Source: Candidatus Altimarinota bacterium
GTDB lineage: Bacteria > Patescibacteriota > Gracilibacteria > CAIRYL01
Assembly: GCA_965250085.1 (NCBI GenBank)
Contig: OZ252287.1
Location: forward strand, 1,304,808-1,368,807
Direction of reading: 5' to 3'
Length of the DNA: 64,000 nucleotides
Under the pieces are notes generated by a model. That model saw only the letters and a list, made by a program, of their open reading frames with translations. It was not told the origin of the DNA and did no database searches. Made by a program: the position numbers and the translations under genes. Shown piece after piece: positions 9,884 to 19,886 of this stretch (positions are counted from its first letter, which is position 1; each line of letters starts with the position of its first letter).

Positions 9884-10274
9884 TTATAAAGAGATTGGTA
9901 AGTGCGTATGACATGAGGATCACGATGATTCCAATGGCTGCATACACCATTACTTTTTTTGCCTTTTCATTGTTTTCCTCACTGGCAAAAGTAGTGATAT
10001 ACAAAAATCCTGCCCAAACAAAGGCAACAAAAGCAAAAATACCTGATAAGATCAAAAGAATCTTGATCCAGAACAGAATAGCCACCACCAGGCTGGCATC
10101 ACTGGGGATCCCTGTGCCAGGCAGAAGACCTTTCAATATCTCCAGCCCCCTTTCCAGTCCTCCTCCTTCAAAAACTGTTTCATGACCACCACTACCTTGC
10201 GCAAATGCCCTTGAGTACGGAAGACTTGCAAGCATTGTGAGAGAGAAGGCGAAAAATTTTTGGATTTTCTTCAT
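9870..10274 (-). CDS. VirB2/TrbC-like (CPR-type) pilin
   Basis: Signal ending RAFA; two TMs joined by WAGFLYITTFASEENNEKAKK..YAAIG. Confidence 0.75.
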   Translation of the reverse strand: MKKIQKFFAFSLTMLASLPYSRAFAQGSGGHETVFEGGGLERGLEILKGLLPGTGIPSDASLVVAILFWIKILLILSGIFAFVAFVWAGFLYITTFASEENNEKAKKVMVYAAIGIIVILMSYALTNLFINASV

Positions 10275-10439
10275 GTATTTGTTTTATTAATCCCTTCATT
10301 CTCTCATAAAATGGATTTTTTTTCAAGCAGAAAAATCTTATTCGAAAGGGTGGCTTCTACCGTTTTTGATCCATATATCGGAGACATGTTGCGTCTTTTA
10401 AGAAAAAATGATTAAATACCCTCCTGTTATAAAAATACT

Positions 10440-11930
10440 ATGTCAAAATCTGTAGCCGAACAATATCCCCATGATACTTCTCGGGAGGTAATAAAAGTAT
10501 TTGAAACCTTTTGCGAAATCCCCAGAGCTTCAGGACAAGAGGGTGCAATTGCTCAAAAAGTAAAAGAAATGTTTCCTAGTCATGAGATACGAGAAGATAG
10601 TTTTGGTAACTTTGCTATTGATATACCAGCCTCTGAAGAGTGTGAAAAGGCACCAAGAGTAATGATTCAGGGACATTTAGATATGGTTTGCAAGGGAGGA
10701 AATGATGAAAACCCCACTCATCCATATCTTGATGAAGATGGTTGGATCAAGGCACAGGGAGACACAACACTTGGGGCCGATAATGGAATCGGTGTTGCTA
10801 TGGGAATCGCGGCAGCGAAAGATAACAAGTTACGACATGGTCCCCTCACTCTCCTTTTTACCCTTTATGAAGAAGAAGGGCTCAAAGGAGCAAAGGAATT
10901 GGATCCAGTTCTCATACCCGATGACACTGAGATAGGTATTAATTTGGATAGTGAAGATAATGAGATTTTTTATGGATGTGCCGGAGCATCACGTATTACG
11001 GCAGAACTAGACATATCAAACAAAGACCAACTGCCTCCTGATTATCAGTTGTGGGAGATAAAACTTGCAGGGTTATCAGGTGGTCACTCAGGATTGGAAA
11101 TCCATACAAATCCTCTCAATGCTATTAAGCTTTTGAGCGAACTTCTGCAAAAAATATTTCAAGACAATAATGGAGTTCAGCTTATTTCCTTTTCTGGGGG
11201 CACTGCGACCAATAGTGTTCCAAAGGAAGCTATTTCAGTGATTGCAGTGCCAGAGCGTGATGACTTAAAATCAGAAGATTCTCAAGTCCTTGAAACAATA
11301 AGACGATTCCATGGGCAAAAACGAAAAGAAATCCCGGAATACGAAGGACTCCGCATTGATCCAAAAGAAATAAAGAATCAAGCAGTTTGGTCAATACGCG
11401 GAGTGCAAAGAGATAGATTATTAAACGCAATTTCAGAAATACCTTCAGGACCGCTTGAATGGCTTGATGATAAAGAATCAGTTTCTGTTTCGAATAATAT
11501 TGCTGTTCTTGAGACTTTAGAAAATATCTTCAGACTGCTCTCTATGGTAAGAGCTATGAAGCCTCAGGATTTAGATCGCACAGAGACAGAAATCATAGAA
11601 ATTCTTAATCAGAATAAAATGCAATTCTACGAGCCCAATAAATACTATGGATGGCTTGCAGACAGATCGGAACTGGCTGTAGGACTAGCTGCAGATGCGT
11701 ATGAAGAGATCAATGGTCAAGCTGCAGAACCAAAAGTAGTACATGCTGGGCTTGAATGCGGTGTTATATCAGGTCTCTTGGAAAAGATGGGAAGGAAAAT
11801 ATCAATGGTTTCATTTGGACCAATAATAAAAGGGGCGCATGAGCCTGAGGAGAGAGTGCATGCTGGAACTATTGATAGTAACTACAGGATGCTGCGACGC
11901 ATGTTGGAACGAATTACAAATCTTCAGTAA
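10440..11930 (+). CDS. pepD: M20-family aminoacyl-histidine dipeptidase
   Basis: QGHLDMV, GADNG, EEEGL, NLDSE, GGHSG, HAGLECG, GAHEPEE motifs. Confidence 0.9.
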   Translation: MSKSVAEQYPHDTSREVIKVFETFCEIPRASGQEGAIAQKVKEMFPSHEIREDSFGNFAIDIPASEECEKAPRVMIQGHLDMVCKGGNDENPTHPYLDEDGWIKAQGDTTLGADNGIGVAMGIAAAKDNKLRHGPLTLLFTLYEEEGLKGAKELDPVLIPDDTEIGINLDSEDNEIFYGCAGASRITAELDISNKDQLPPDYQLWEIKLAGLSGGHSGLEIHTNPLNAIKLLSELLQKIFQDNNGVQLISFSGGTATNSVPKEAISVIAVPERDDLKSEDSQVLETIRRFHGQKRKEIPEYEGLRIDPKEIKNQAVWSIRGVQRDRLLNAISEIPSGPLEWLDDKESVSVSNNIAVLETLENIFRLLSMVRAMKPQDLDRTETEIIEILNQNKMQFYEPNKYYGWLADRSELAVGLAADAYEEINGQAAEPKVVHAGLECGVISGLLEKMGRKISMVSFGPIIKGAHEPEERVHAGTIDSNYRMLRRMLERITNLQ

Positions 11931-11993
11931 ATGAAGAAAACGAAGCGAGGATACTGGAGATTAAGAAGGGTATTATTTTTTTGACACATCGCC

Positions 11994-13055
11994 ATGGCAA
12001 ACTACCAAGAACACCTCAAGCTTCTAGATCCTCTGCAAGAAATATCATATTTTTCTGATGTTGGACATTTTTTGGAAGCCCAACATAACATTCATCAATT
12101 TGTGGAATTTTTCGCAAGTTTTTTGCTGGTAACTGCGGATCGAAATATTGAGTCTTCTGAAAATAAAGAAAAAATAGTTTCGGATATGCAAGATGTGCAC
12201 GCGGTGGTTTCAGAAGGAAGAAAAATTATTAGAAAAGTAATATATTCAGAACTTTCGGGGGAGAAGTACCAAAAGCAAAGGCAAGAGCTAGAACTTTATG
12301 AGGCGGAATTGATCTTTATAGAAAAAATAATAATTATCCGAAAAGCATATCGGCAAACTGTATCTCCTGATATTTTTGCAGATGATTTTAATATCGGAAA
12401 TGATTACATTCGTTCAGACAGCGATGAGGAATTTCAACGTATAACTTCTCATCTGAGAAAGAAAATGGAGCAAAAATATGAGCCATACATTTACCCTTCT
12501 GTAAGAAAAGAAGACATACATACAATAGGAGAGGAAATGGAAAGAAAAATACAATGGTGTCTTGAGAATGCACCAATAGTATCTGCAATGAAAATGGCTC
12601 ATACAGTCGACAGAGAAGATGTTGACTCCTTTTATAAGACTGCACAAGAATTAATAAGAGCAAAAACAGGAAAAGATGCAGATTGGTCGATGCGGAGAGA
12701 GAAGGATCGCGAAATATTTAAAAGCACATTTGGATTTTCATTTCAACCAATAGGACATGTTATTCAAGGGATATGTGAGTCAACAGATGGCAAAAAGGCT
12801 CTTGAGCTTTTAAAAAAATTAAAAGAGATTTCAGAACAAATGAATGCAATAGATATGTCGAAAAAACTCATTCAAGGAAGTCGGGCAAAAGAGATACAAA
12901 TGTTTCTCGCTGAGGTAGCTGACTTTTTAAACGCCAAACAAGATGAGTATGTAACAGCTGATACAACCAAACTTGTAAAACTTTTTCACCCCTTGTGGTA
13001 TCGATTTTGTCCTGGCATGAAATCTGGAGTAATCACCGGAAGAGAAGAATTTTGA
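11994..13055 (+). CDS. Hypothetical helical protein
   Basis: 353-aa ORF with no recognised motif. Confidence 0.75.
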   Translation: MANYQEHLKLLDPLQEISYFSDVGHFLEAQHNIHQFVEFFASFLLVTADRNIESSENKEKIVSDMQDVHAVVSEGRKIIRKVIYSELSGEKYQKQRQELELYEAELIFIEKIIIIRKAYRQTVSPDIFADDFNIGNDYIRSDSDEEFQRITSHLRKKMEQKYEPYIYPSVRKEDIHTIGEEMERKIQWCLENAPIVSAMKMAHTVDREDVDSFYKTAQELIRAKTGKDADWSMRREKDREIFKSTFGFSFQPIGHVIQGICESTDGKKALELLKKLKEISEQMNAIDMSKKLIQGSRAKEIQMFLAEVADFLNAKQDEYVTADTTKLVKLFHPLWYRFCPGMKSGVITGREEF

Positions 13056-13107
13056 CAACAGCTTAGAAAAAAAGATCGAACGCACCTCAGGAAGAATGAG
13101 AACACAT

Positions 13108-14034
13108 TTATACAAATGTCTCCAAAAGCTTGCTCACATCAACATGTTCCACTTCTTCCGTAAGAGCTGTTTTTACCCCTTGTCTCTGCGGTAATCGCTC
13201 CAAGAAATGCGGTGAATCGGTTTCATAGAGTACTCCCATCGCAATTTCATTCTCCAAATCTTCAGCTACGCGTCGTGCTGTCCAAATATCAGTTTTATCA
13301 TAGTCTTTCATCTCTTCCACATGCTTGATGCGCTCCCAAAACCATTCTTGAGAGGTTGCTTTGTTATACGTGGGGCAGACCTGCATGATCTCTACAAATG
13401 AAAATCCGGGATGATTGATTCCTTTCTGAATCATCTTGGTTATATGCTCTACGTCTCCAGAGAAACTGCGGGCCACAAATGTGGGGTTGAGCGAGAGCAC
13501 AAACCGTGCGGCATTCATAGGTTCGAGTGGAGCCCCATCTGGAGCAGAATTCATGGGGTGTCCTTGTCTGGTCATTGAGGATGGCTGTCCAGTAGTGAGG
13601 GCATAGTTTTCATTATTGTGGAGGATAAACGTAATGGGATAATTATTCCGCACGGCATGCACCAAATGATTCACTCCCTCGCTAAAGGTGGCACCATCTC
13701 CCGCCATGGCAATGACTTTCATCTTCTCATTGGCAATCTTCGCACCGGCGGCCAGTGGCAGGACACGTCCATGGAGTCCATGAATTGTATACCCGCCTAT
13801 TTTATCCGATCCATTGCCATTACACCCAATATCAAAACAGAGCAGGACATCTGTATGCCTGAGTTTTTCCAGTGTCAGAGCTCTGATAAGTGCTTTTTGA
13901 ATTCCATAGTTTCCACATCCACTACACCACCAGGTGACATTGTCTCCACAGTTTTCGTAGTGTGTGTAGATATCCTCATTTTTTGTGAGGTTTTTGAGGA
14001 GACTCGAATCATGGTGACGGTGACAGTTGCTCAT
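13108..14034 (-). CDS. korB: 2-oxoacid:ferredoxin oxidoreductase beta subunit (substrate not determinable)
   Basis: WCSGCGNYG, DIGC, LHGR, GDGA..HNN TPP motif, CPTYN; start set at MSNCH, downstream of the alpha stop. Confidence 0.9.
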   Translation of the reverse strand: MSNCHRHHDSSLLKNLTKNEDIYTHYENCGDNVTWWCSGCGNYGIQKALIRALTLEKLRHTDVLLCFDIGCNGNGSDKIGGYTIHGLHGRVLPLAAGAKIANEKMKVIAMAGDGATFSEGVNHLVHAVRNNYPITFILHNNENYALTTGQPSSMTRQGHPMNSAPDGAPLEPMNAARFVLSLNPTFVARSFSGDVEHITKMIQKGINHPGFSFVEIMQVCPTYNKATSQEWFWERIKHVEEMKDYDKTDIWTARRVAEDLENEIAMGVLYETDSPHFLERLPQRQGVKTALTEEVEHVDVSKLLETFV

Positions 14035-14060
14035 ATAATTTTTTAAAAAGAAAATTTCGC

Positions 14061-15821
14061 TTACTCTTTTTTTACTTTTTGTAAAAAGCGTATGACTTCT
14101 TCGAGGAAAAAAGGTCTTCCATCGTATTTTAAAAATCGTTCGTAAAATATACACCGCGTTTCTGCTTCCAGTATGTTTCCAAATTGCCCCATATAGTTTC
14201 CTTCCAGAAGACAGACTTTTTTATTTTCTGCAAAAAACTTCTGAGCTGCTTTTTCCTGCACCGGCCAGAGGTAGTCATAATGCAAATAATTTACTTTGAT
14301 TCCCAATTCTGCACTTTCATCTATCGCGTCCAGCATTATACTTTTCGTACTTCCCCAGCCGATGACGGAGACATCAGCATCTTTTTTGACTCCGTATATC
14401 TTTGGCTCGGGAATTGCTTCTGTTTTCACTGTCTCGAGTTTTCGCATACGCTTTTCCATCATTGCTTTTGAGGGTCTAGCATCTTCGGTCAGGCTTCCGT
14501 CTTCGAGGTGTTCATCGCTATTGGCATAATAAAAGGCCTCACTTGCCCCCGGGAGCCATCTTTTGGAAACACCAGATTTAGTGATTTTATATCGATCGGT
14601 ATTTTGTAGTCTTTTCAGTCGTTTTGCGTCAGTCACAATGCCGCGTTCGATAGGAATCTTCTTCTGTTCAAAAGGAGGAATGGTCGTTTTGGTTTCACAG
14701 ATCACTTTTTCAGTCAGAACAAGCACGATCATCTGATATTTTTCGGCCATATTGAGCGCATGTTGAGTAAGTTCAAAGCAAGATTTTTGATCACTGCATC
14801 CAATCACTACTCGTGGAAATTCTCCATGAGCACTGCCGATCGCAAGATTCAAATCTCCCTGACATGTCCAGGTGGGAAGTCCTGTGCCAGGTCCAGGGCG
14901 CTGGCAGATGACACAGACAAATGGACATTCGATGATTCCGGCAAGTGATACGGTCTCGGTCATCAGATCAAATCCGCCGCCGGATGTGGCACACAGTGCA
15001 CGCGTGCCCATATGCATGGATCCCACGACCATTTGGGCAACAGTGATCTCGTCTTCTCCTTGCTTGACTGCGATCCCTGTTTTATGAGCAGTATTGGCAA
15101 AATAGGTAAGAATAGAACTGGAGGGACTCATGGGATACGCATAATATGCACGTACTCCTCCGTGAATACCTCCCAGTGCAATGGCATCATTTCCATTGAT
15201 CACCATGGTTTCTTCTTTTTTCTTTTTCGGTTCGGGCATATCAAATTCTGGGATGTGATCGATTCCTTCAGCTTCGAATCCGGCTTTGAGACATTTCAAA
15301 TCTATTTCCAGCAACTTGGGCTTGGACGCAAAACGGATTTTTACTTCTTCTTCCAAAACATCATACGAAAGATTGAGCACCCTCCAGGCAAGTCCCAGAA
15401 GCACCATGTTTGCCATCAATGCATTCCCTCCGAGTGATTCTGCAATTTTTCTGGCGGGAAGATAGACCAGTTGTACATTTCGTGCCTTCGCTCGTTTTTC
15501 AATACTGGGAAAAATGAGCTTATGTCGCTCGTCTCCATGAATCAAAATGCCCCCTTCTTTGACGCGATCGATATAATCTTTGAGTCCTATTCTGTCCACC
15601 GCCAGAATGAGGTCTATAGTTTCCGAAAGAGCACGAATCGGCTTCACGTCAAAATCAATCTGATAGTTGCCATGACCTCCTTTGATGAGTGATGGGTATT
15701 CCCGATCGGCATTGAAGTAATATCCTTTTCTCTTGAGTGCTTTCATGATGATTTCTCCCACACTTAGGAGTCCAGATCCACTTTGACCGGCAACTTTTAT
15801 TGAAGTTCTGTTCACTCGCAA
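14061..15821 (-). CDS. korA: 2-oxoacid:ferredoxin oxidoreductase alpha subunit (gamma-alpha fusion)
   Basis: AGQSGSG, YPSLIKGG, YPMSPSS, EDEI, ATSGGGF, QRPGPGTGLPT; TTG start. Confidence 0.92.
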   Translation of the reverse strand: MRVNRTSIKVAGQSGSGLLSVGEIIMKALKRKGYYFNADREYPSLIKGGHGNYQIDFDVKPIRALSETIDLILAVDRIGLKDYIDRVKEGGILIHGDERHKLIFPSIEKRAKARNVQLVYLPARKIAESLGGNALMANMVLLGLAWRVLNLSYDVLEEEVKIRFASKPKLLEIDLKCLKAGFEAEGIDHIPEFDMPEPKKKKEETMVINGNDAIALGGIHGGVRAYYAYPMSPSSSILTYFANTAHKTGIAVKQGEDEITVAQMVVGSMHMGTRALCATSGGGFDLMTETVSLAGIIECPFVCVICQRPGPGTGLPTWTCQGDLNLAIGSAHGEFPRVVIGCSDQKSCFELTQHALNMAEKYQMIVLVLTEKVICETKTTIPPFEQKKIPIERGIVTDAKRLKRLQNTDRYKITKSGVSKRWLPGASEAFYYANSDEHLEDGSLTEDARPSKAMMEKRMRKLETVKTEAIPEPKIYGVKKDADVSVIGWGSTKSIMLDAIDESAELGIKVNYLHYDYLWPVQEKAAQKFFAENKKVCLLEGNYMGQFGNILEAETRCIFYERFLKYDGRPFFLEEVIRFLQKVKKE

Positions 15822-15876
15822 GTTAAAAGTAAAAAGTTATAAAGTTTGTAAAGTAGGTAGTCAGTAGTTAGCAAAT

Positions 15877-15909
15877 TTCCCCATTTGAAAAAGGGGGTTA
15901 GGGGGATTT
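15877..15909. repeat. Family A half copy overlapping the flavodoxin stop
   Basis: TTCCCCATTTGAAAAAGGGGGTTAGGGGGATTT. Confidence 0.65.
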
Positions 15910-16369
15910 ATTTTTTAGAATCTTTCAATATCTGGGAAAGTTCTTCCGCCCATTCCTGCACTTTGGTGTTCAGTTGAGAGAGAGGGGATTTGCTAATTTT
16001 CAGAGACGGACACACGCGTTCTCCGCCAGATGCCTTCACGATTTTTTCGAGTATTCGCGCGGATTCAATGTGATACTCCGCATCATATTTATTATCTCCC
16101 AATCCGATGATTGCAAATCGTTTCCCGCTCAAATCCATTTTTTTGAGTTCCTTCGCAAACGGGATAAAATGATCCTGTATAAGCCCATGTCCATATGTAG
16201 AGGCGCCTAAAATACACAGATCATTATTTTTTAAATCATCCAGAGAGCTGTTCTCCACTCTTTGGACTGTTACCGTGTGATTTTTAGACTTCAAAACTTC
16301 CGCTACTTTGGTCACTACCAATTCGGTATTTCCACCGGTAGAACCAAAGATGCAGAGAATAGAGCTCAT
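15908..16369 (-). CDS. Flavodoxin
   Basis: FGSTGGNTE, STYGHG and GLGD FMN-binding motifs. Confidence 0.92.
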   Translation of the reverse strand: MSSILCIFGSTGGNTELVVTKVAEVLKSKNHTVTVQRVENSSLDDLKNNDLCILGASTYGHGLIQDHFIPFAKELKKMDLSGKRFAIIGLGDNKYDAEYHIESARILEKIVKASGGERVCPSLKISKSPLSQLNTKVQEWAEELSQILKDSKK

Positions 16370-16557
16370 GAAGAAAAGGAAACTTTCGAGCGTATTGTAT
16401 CAAATAGCTCTCTGATGTCACGATGAGAATTTTGACAACGACAGAATAAGATTTTTAAAATATTCTTTTAAAAACAACAAGGTAAACTCGATAAAAAAGT
16501 ATTGATTCTGGGCGCTAAAAGTTGTACAAATAATTTGTACCCTCTCTTCACACAACT

Positions 16558-16932
16558 ATGGCAACACCATTAGAAATACCAAACGTCGGTTATACGGAAG
16601 TTCCAGAACTACAATTAGTGGAAAAAGCAGAAGCGGATCCAGAGATGAGAGCACAGATACGGCAAACACTAAAATCGTCTTTGCATCCTGGCTTCGCAAG
16701 ATCATTTCAAATATTGTCAGGACATCCGATAGGACCAGAAGACATGCAGAACTCATCACACTGCGCCCTGAATGTTCCAAAAGATGAGCTCGAAAGACAG
16801 AGACAACTACTCAACTCTCTTTTTCTCACGGTGTCTCAATATGGAGCCAAAGCTAAAGGACCATCCTGGGAAGAAATCCCAACAACAAATGGACACAAAA
16901 CCTATCATATACGTGTTCCTTTTGTGAGGTAG
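16558..16932 (+). CDS. Hypothetical protein
   Basis: 124-aa ORF preceded by TTGATT-N17-TACAAA. Confidence 0.65.
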   Translation: MATPLEIPNVGYTEVPELQLVEKAEADPEMRAQIRQTLKSSLHPGFARSFQILSGHPIGPEDMQNSSHCALNVPKDELERQRQLLNSLFLTVSQYGAKAKGPSWEEIPTTNGHKTYHIRVPFVR

Positions 16933-17007
16933 ATATTCTTACTTTGATAAACCCACCGAACCTCCCTCCTGTCTGCCGCCAGGCATGGTTCCAAGGGAGG
17001 AAGCATA

Positions 17008-17604
17008 TTATTTCTTCCCAAATAGTTTTTTGACGAAGTATCCAAATCCCATTTTGGCAACATCATCTTTGTAGCTTCCATCACCATCTCTATCGAGCAA
17101 TTTTCCCAGGAATCCCATTTCTTTGCTACCAGATGATCCGGCAACAGCTCCTTGCAGTATACTGGCAAGACCTCCAGCGTTGAGGTTATTTTGTTTGCGC
17201 TGTTTCCCAAGCGCACCCATCACCATTGGAGCCAATGCCTCCATAAGTCCAGAAGCCTGCTTTTTGTCTGTACCACATTCTTGACTGACATAGTCTTCAA
17301 CAGCGTCTCTTTTGTTGCCAAAAATATGTTTCAAAATCCCCTTCCCTTCTCCTGATGAAGAATTTTGCAGGAGGGCAGAAAGATTGTCCAAAGCGCTTCC
17401 GTCATGATCTTTTTCTAACGCTTGAAACAAAGAGTCACGACCTTTGTCATTGGATGCATTTTTTGCAAGTGCTCCCAACAGAAGCGGTAGTGCGCTCTTG
17501 GTGGCAGATGAAACTTTTTCTTTGCCCATCCCAAGAGAACTTCCCAACTGGTCCATTGCATTGCCTCCCATTTGTTGCATGAGCATGTTCATCAAGTCAT
17601 TCAT
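17008..17604 (-). CDS. DUF937 family protein
   Basis: LPLLLGAL..AL..DHDGS, ILKHIFG, LDRDGDG; start at MNDLMN. Confidence 0.85.
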   Translation of the reverse strand: MNDLMNMLMQQMGGNAMDQLGSSLGMGKEKVSSATKSALPLLLGALAKNASNDKGRDSLFQALEKDHDGSALDNLSALLQNSSSGEGKGILKHIFGNKRDAVEDYVSQECGTDKKQASGLMEALAPMVMGALGKQRKQNNLNAGGLASILQGAVAGSSGSKEMGFLGKLLDRDGDGSYKDDVAKMGFGYFVKKLFGKK

Positions 17605-17968
17605 AGTTTTTTGTAAAAAAAAAGGAAACAAAGTGGAGTCATTGTACCCCGAAATTTTTGAGAAAGAAAGAAAGCCCTTCGCAAGTGAGTAAGTGAACAA
17701 TTAGCAATGGGCAATGGGCAATGGGCAATGAAGAAGTAAGAAGTAAGGTATCGTCATTCTGAGGCTTCAAGTGATGTGAAATGGAAGAAGAAATTCATAT
17801 AGTTGTGAAAGGTAACAGCCGAAGAATCTGAAGGAAAATTTTAAATTTTGAATGACTAATGGCCAGGAAAGTAGAGAAGGAAGTTTGAGGTAAGAGGTTG
17901 GAAATTGGGTATTGGATATTGAAAACTGGATATTCTCTTCCTTTTTCCCATAACTCGCCTATCCGCCG

Positions 17969-17990
17969 CCGTGCCTGCCGGCAGGCACGG
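17969..17990. repeat. Perfect 22-bp GC-rich palindrome
   Basis: CCGTGCCTGCCGGCAGGCACGG is its own reverse complement. Confidence 0.85.
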
Positions 17991-18076
17991 TAGCCTTAGG
18001 CGAAGGTGCAAAATAGATTTCTTGAACTCTTCTTCCTTTCTCGGGTACTATACGGATCGATTTTTTCAAAAGTTCT

Positions 18077-18910
18077 ATGGGAAATTTTACTATTGATTTT
18101 ACTGCAATTGGGAAAGACGTTGGAGGCGCTCTCTGGCAATATGGACCGAAGATTCTCTTGGCGCTTCTGGTGCTTATTTTAGGATTTAAAATGATAAAAG
18201 TACTCGTCAATAGCATGGAAAAATCACTCAAAAAACATCATATAGAGATCTCTCTTCGAAAATTTTTAGAAAGTCTCATTGCCATTGCTCTGAAAATATT
18301 GGTATTGCTGACAGTGGCTTCTTTGCTGGGAGTAAAACTCACAGCGTTCGTTGCCCTCCTCGGAGCGGCAGGACTGGCGATTGCTCTTTCATTGAAGGAG
18401 AGTCTGGCGAACTTTGTAGGAGGAGTCCTGATCCTGGTATTTAAACCGTTTAAAGTAGGTGATGTCATTGAAGCCCAAGGGCATTATGGAGAGGTGGAAG
18501 CTATTAGAGTATTTAACACCATCCTCCAGACGCCTGATGACAAAACAATTTTTATTCCCAATGGAGATTTGGCAAATAATCCTATCTCGAACTATACCAA
18601 GACTCCTCTCTATCGATTGGGCACCAAGATTGGAATCGGGTATTCAGATGATATTCAAAAAGCTCGTGAGATTTTGCTTTCTATTGCCACAAAACACAAA
18701 GACGTCAAAAAAGATCCAGCTCCACAAGTAGTGGTCAAAGAACTGGGAGACAGTTCTGTAAATCTGGAACTCAGAACATGGTGTGAAAGCCCCATCTACC
18801 TAGGTCTTGAATTTGATATTCTCGAACAGACCAAATTGGCATTTGATAAAGAGGGCGTTTCTATTCCGTTTCCACAGAGAGATGTGCATTTGTATCCAGT
18901 GAACAAGTGA
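18077..18910 (+). CDS. mscS: Small-conductance mechanosensitive channel
   Basis: GAAGLAIALSLKESLANF, KPFKVGD, IPNG, IPFPQRDVH. Confidence 0.93.
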   Translation: MGNFTIDFTAIGKDVGGALWQYGPKILLALLVLILGFKMIKVLVNSMEKSLKKHHIEISLRKFLESLIAIALKILVLLTVASLLGVKLTAFVALLGAAGLAIALSLKESLANFVGGVLILVFKPFKVGDVIEAQGHYGEVEAIRVFNTILQTPDDKTIFIPNGDLANNPISNYTKTPLYRLGTKIGIGYSDDIQKAREILLSIATKHKDVKKDPAPQVVVKELGDSSVNLELRTWCESPIYLGLEFDILEQTKLAFDKEGVSIPFPQRDVHLYPVNK

Positions 18911-18923
18911 GGACAGCGAATAA

Positions 18924-18946
18924 GTAGGGGCGTATTGCATACGCCC
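18924..18946. repeat. GTAG-type REP-like hairpin
   Basis: GTAG + GGGCGTAT-TGC-ATACGCCC, just after the mscS stop. Confidence 0.6.
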
Positions 18947-19109
18947 ATGAGTGCACAGTTCCCAGTGCACAGAATTAAGCAATAAGCAGTAAGCCCTTCC
19001 CCCTTATAGGGAGAGCTTAGAAGGTATTCTTCAAAAATACTTTATGAAAAGTGCCCGATCCCGAGAAGACTTTTGAATATTCCAGACGCCCTACTCCAAG
19101 CTCCCAACT

Positions 19110-19790
19110 CTAATCAACTTTATACTTCTTAAAATTGAGGCAAAAATCCTCTCCTTCTTTTTCGTAAATTTCATGAAGTTGCAGAATTTTTTTCATCACA
19201 TGTTCATGATTTTTAGCGACGAGGACATTGTCCATATCGTGAGGGCTGACGTATCCCTGTTTTAAAGGATAGTTCTTAACCCACTGGATAAGCTCAGCCC
19301 ACATGTCTCCATAGACAATGATAGGGATATTACAAATATGTTTTACCTGTGTCAGTTGCCAAGAATAGAAGAGCTCCAAACAGGTTCCAATTCCTCCCGG
19401 AGCCACCACAACTGCTTGTGAAAGAGCCATAAAGGTGTCGAGTCGGTTTGAGAATTTATCAAAATGCTTTTTAACATCCAGATGCTTGTTGCCTTCATTC
19501 TCAAATGGCAGGCGAATAGTAAGACCAATAGAATGTGATCCATTCCCATTTGTTTTTTGTCCGGCTTCATGTCCAGCATTGGCTGCTTCCATGATACCGG
19601 GTCCACCACCGGTTACAATATCAAAGCCATGAAACCCTATCTCTTTGGCAAGAGCAAAAACATCCTGGTACGCCTGATCTTCCGGTTTGATACGTGCAGA
19701 ACCAAAAATGCTCACTCGAAAATGATTTTCGGCAAGCTCCTGATCTACATTTATTGTATCTTTGTTGTTTTGTGTATCGTCTGTACTCAT
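19110..19790 (-). CDS. LOG-family (TIGR00730-like) nucleotide phosphoribohydrolase
   Basis: SIFGSAR, TGGGPGIMEA, PGGIGT.LE. Confidence 0.9.
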   Translation of the reverse strand: MSTDDTQNNKDTINVDQELAENHFRVSIFGSARIKPEDQAYQDVFALAKEIGFHGFDIVTGGGPGIMEAANAGHEAGQKTNGNGSHSIGLTIRLPFENEGNKHLDVKKHFDKFSNRLDTFMALSQAVVVAPGGIGTCLELFYSWQLTQVKHICNIPIIVYGDMWAELIQWVKNYPLKQGYVSPHDMDNVLVAKNHEHVMKKILQLHEIYEKEGEDFCLNFKKYKVD

Positions 19791-19886
19791 ATTTGTATTT
19801 TGTAGAGGGAATAGGAAATGGGCAAGTGCGAGAATTGGAAAAAAAGGATATTTTTCACAAAATTGTACATCATTATGAGGAAAATA

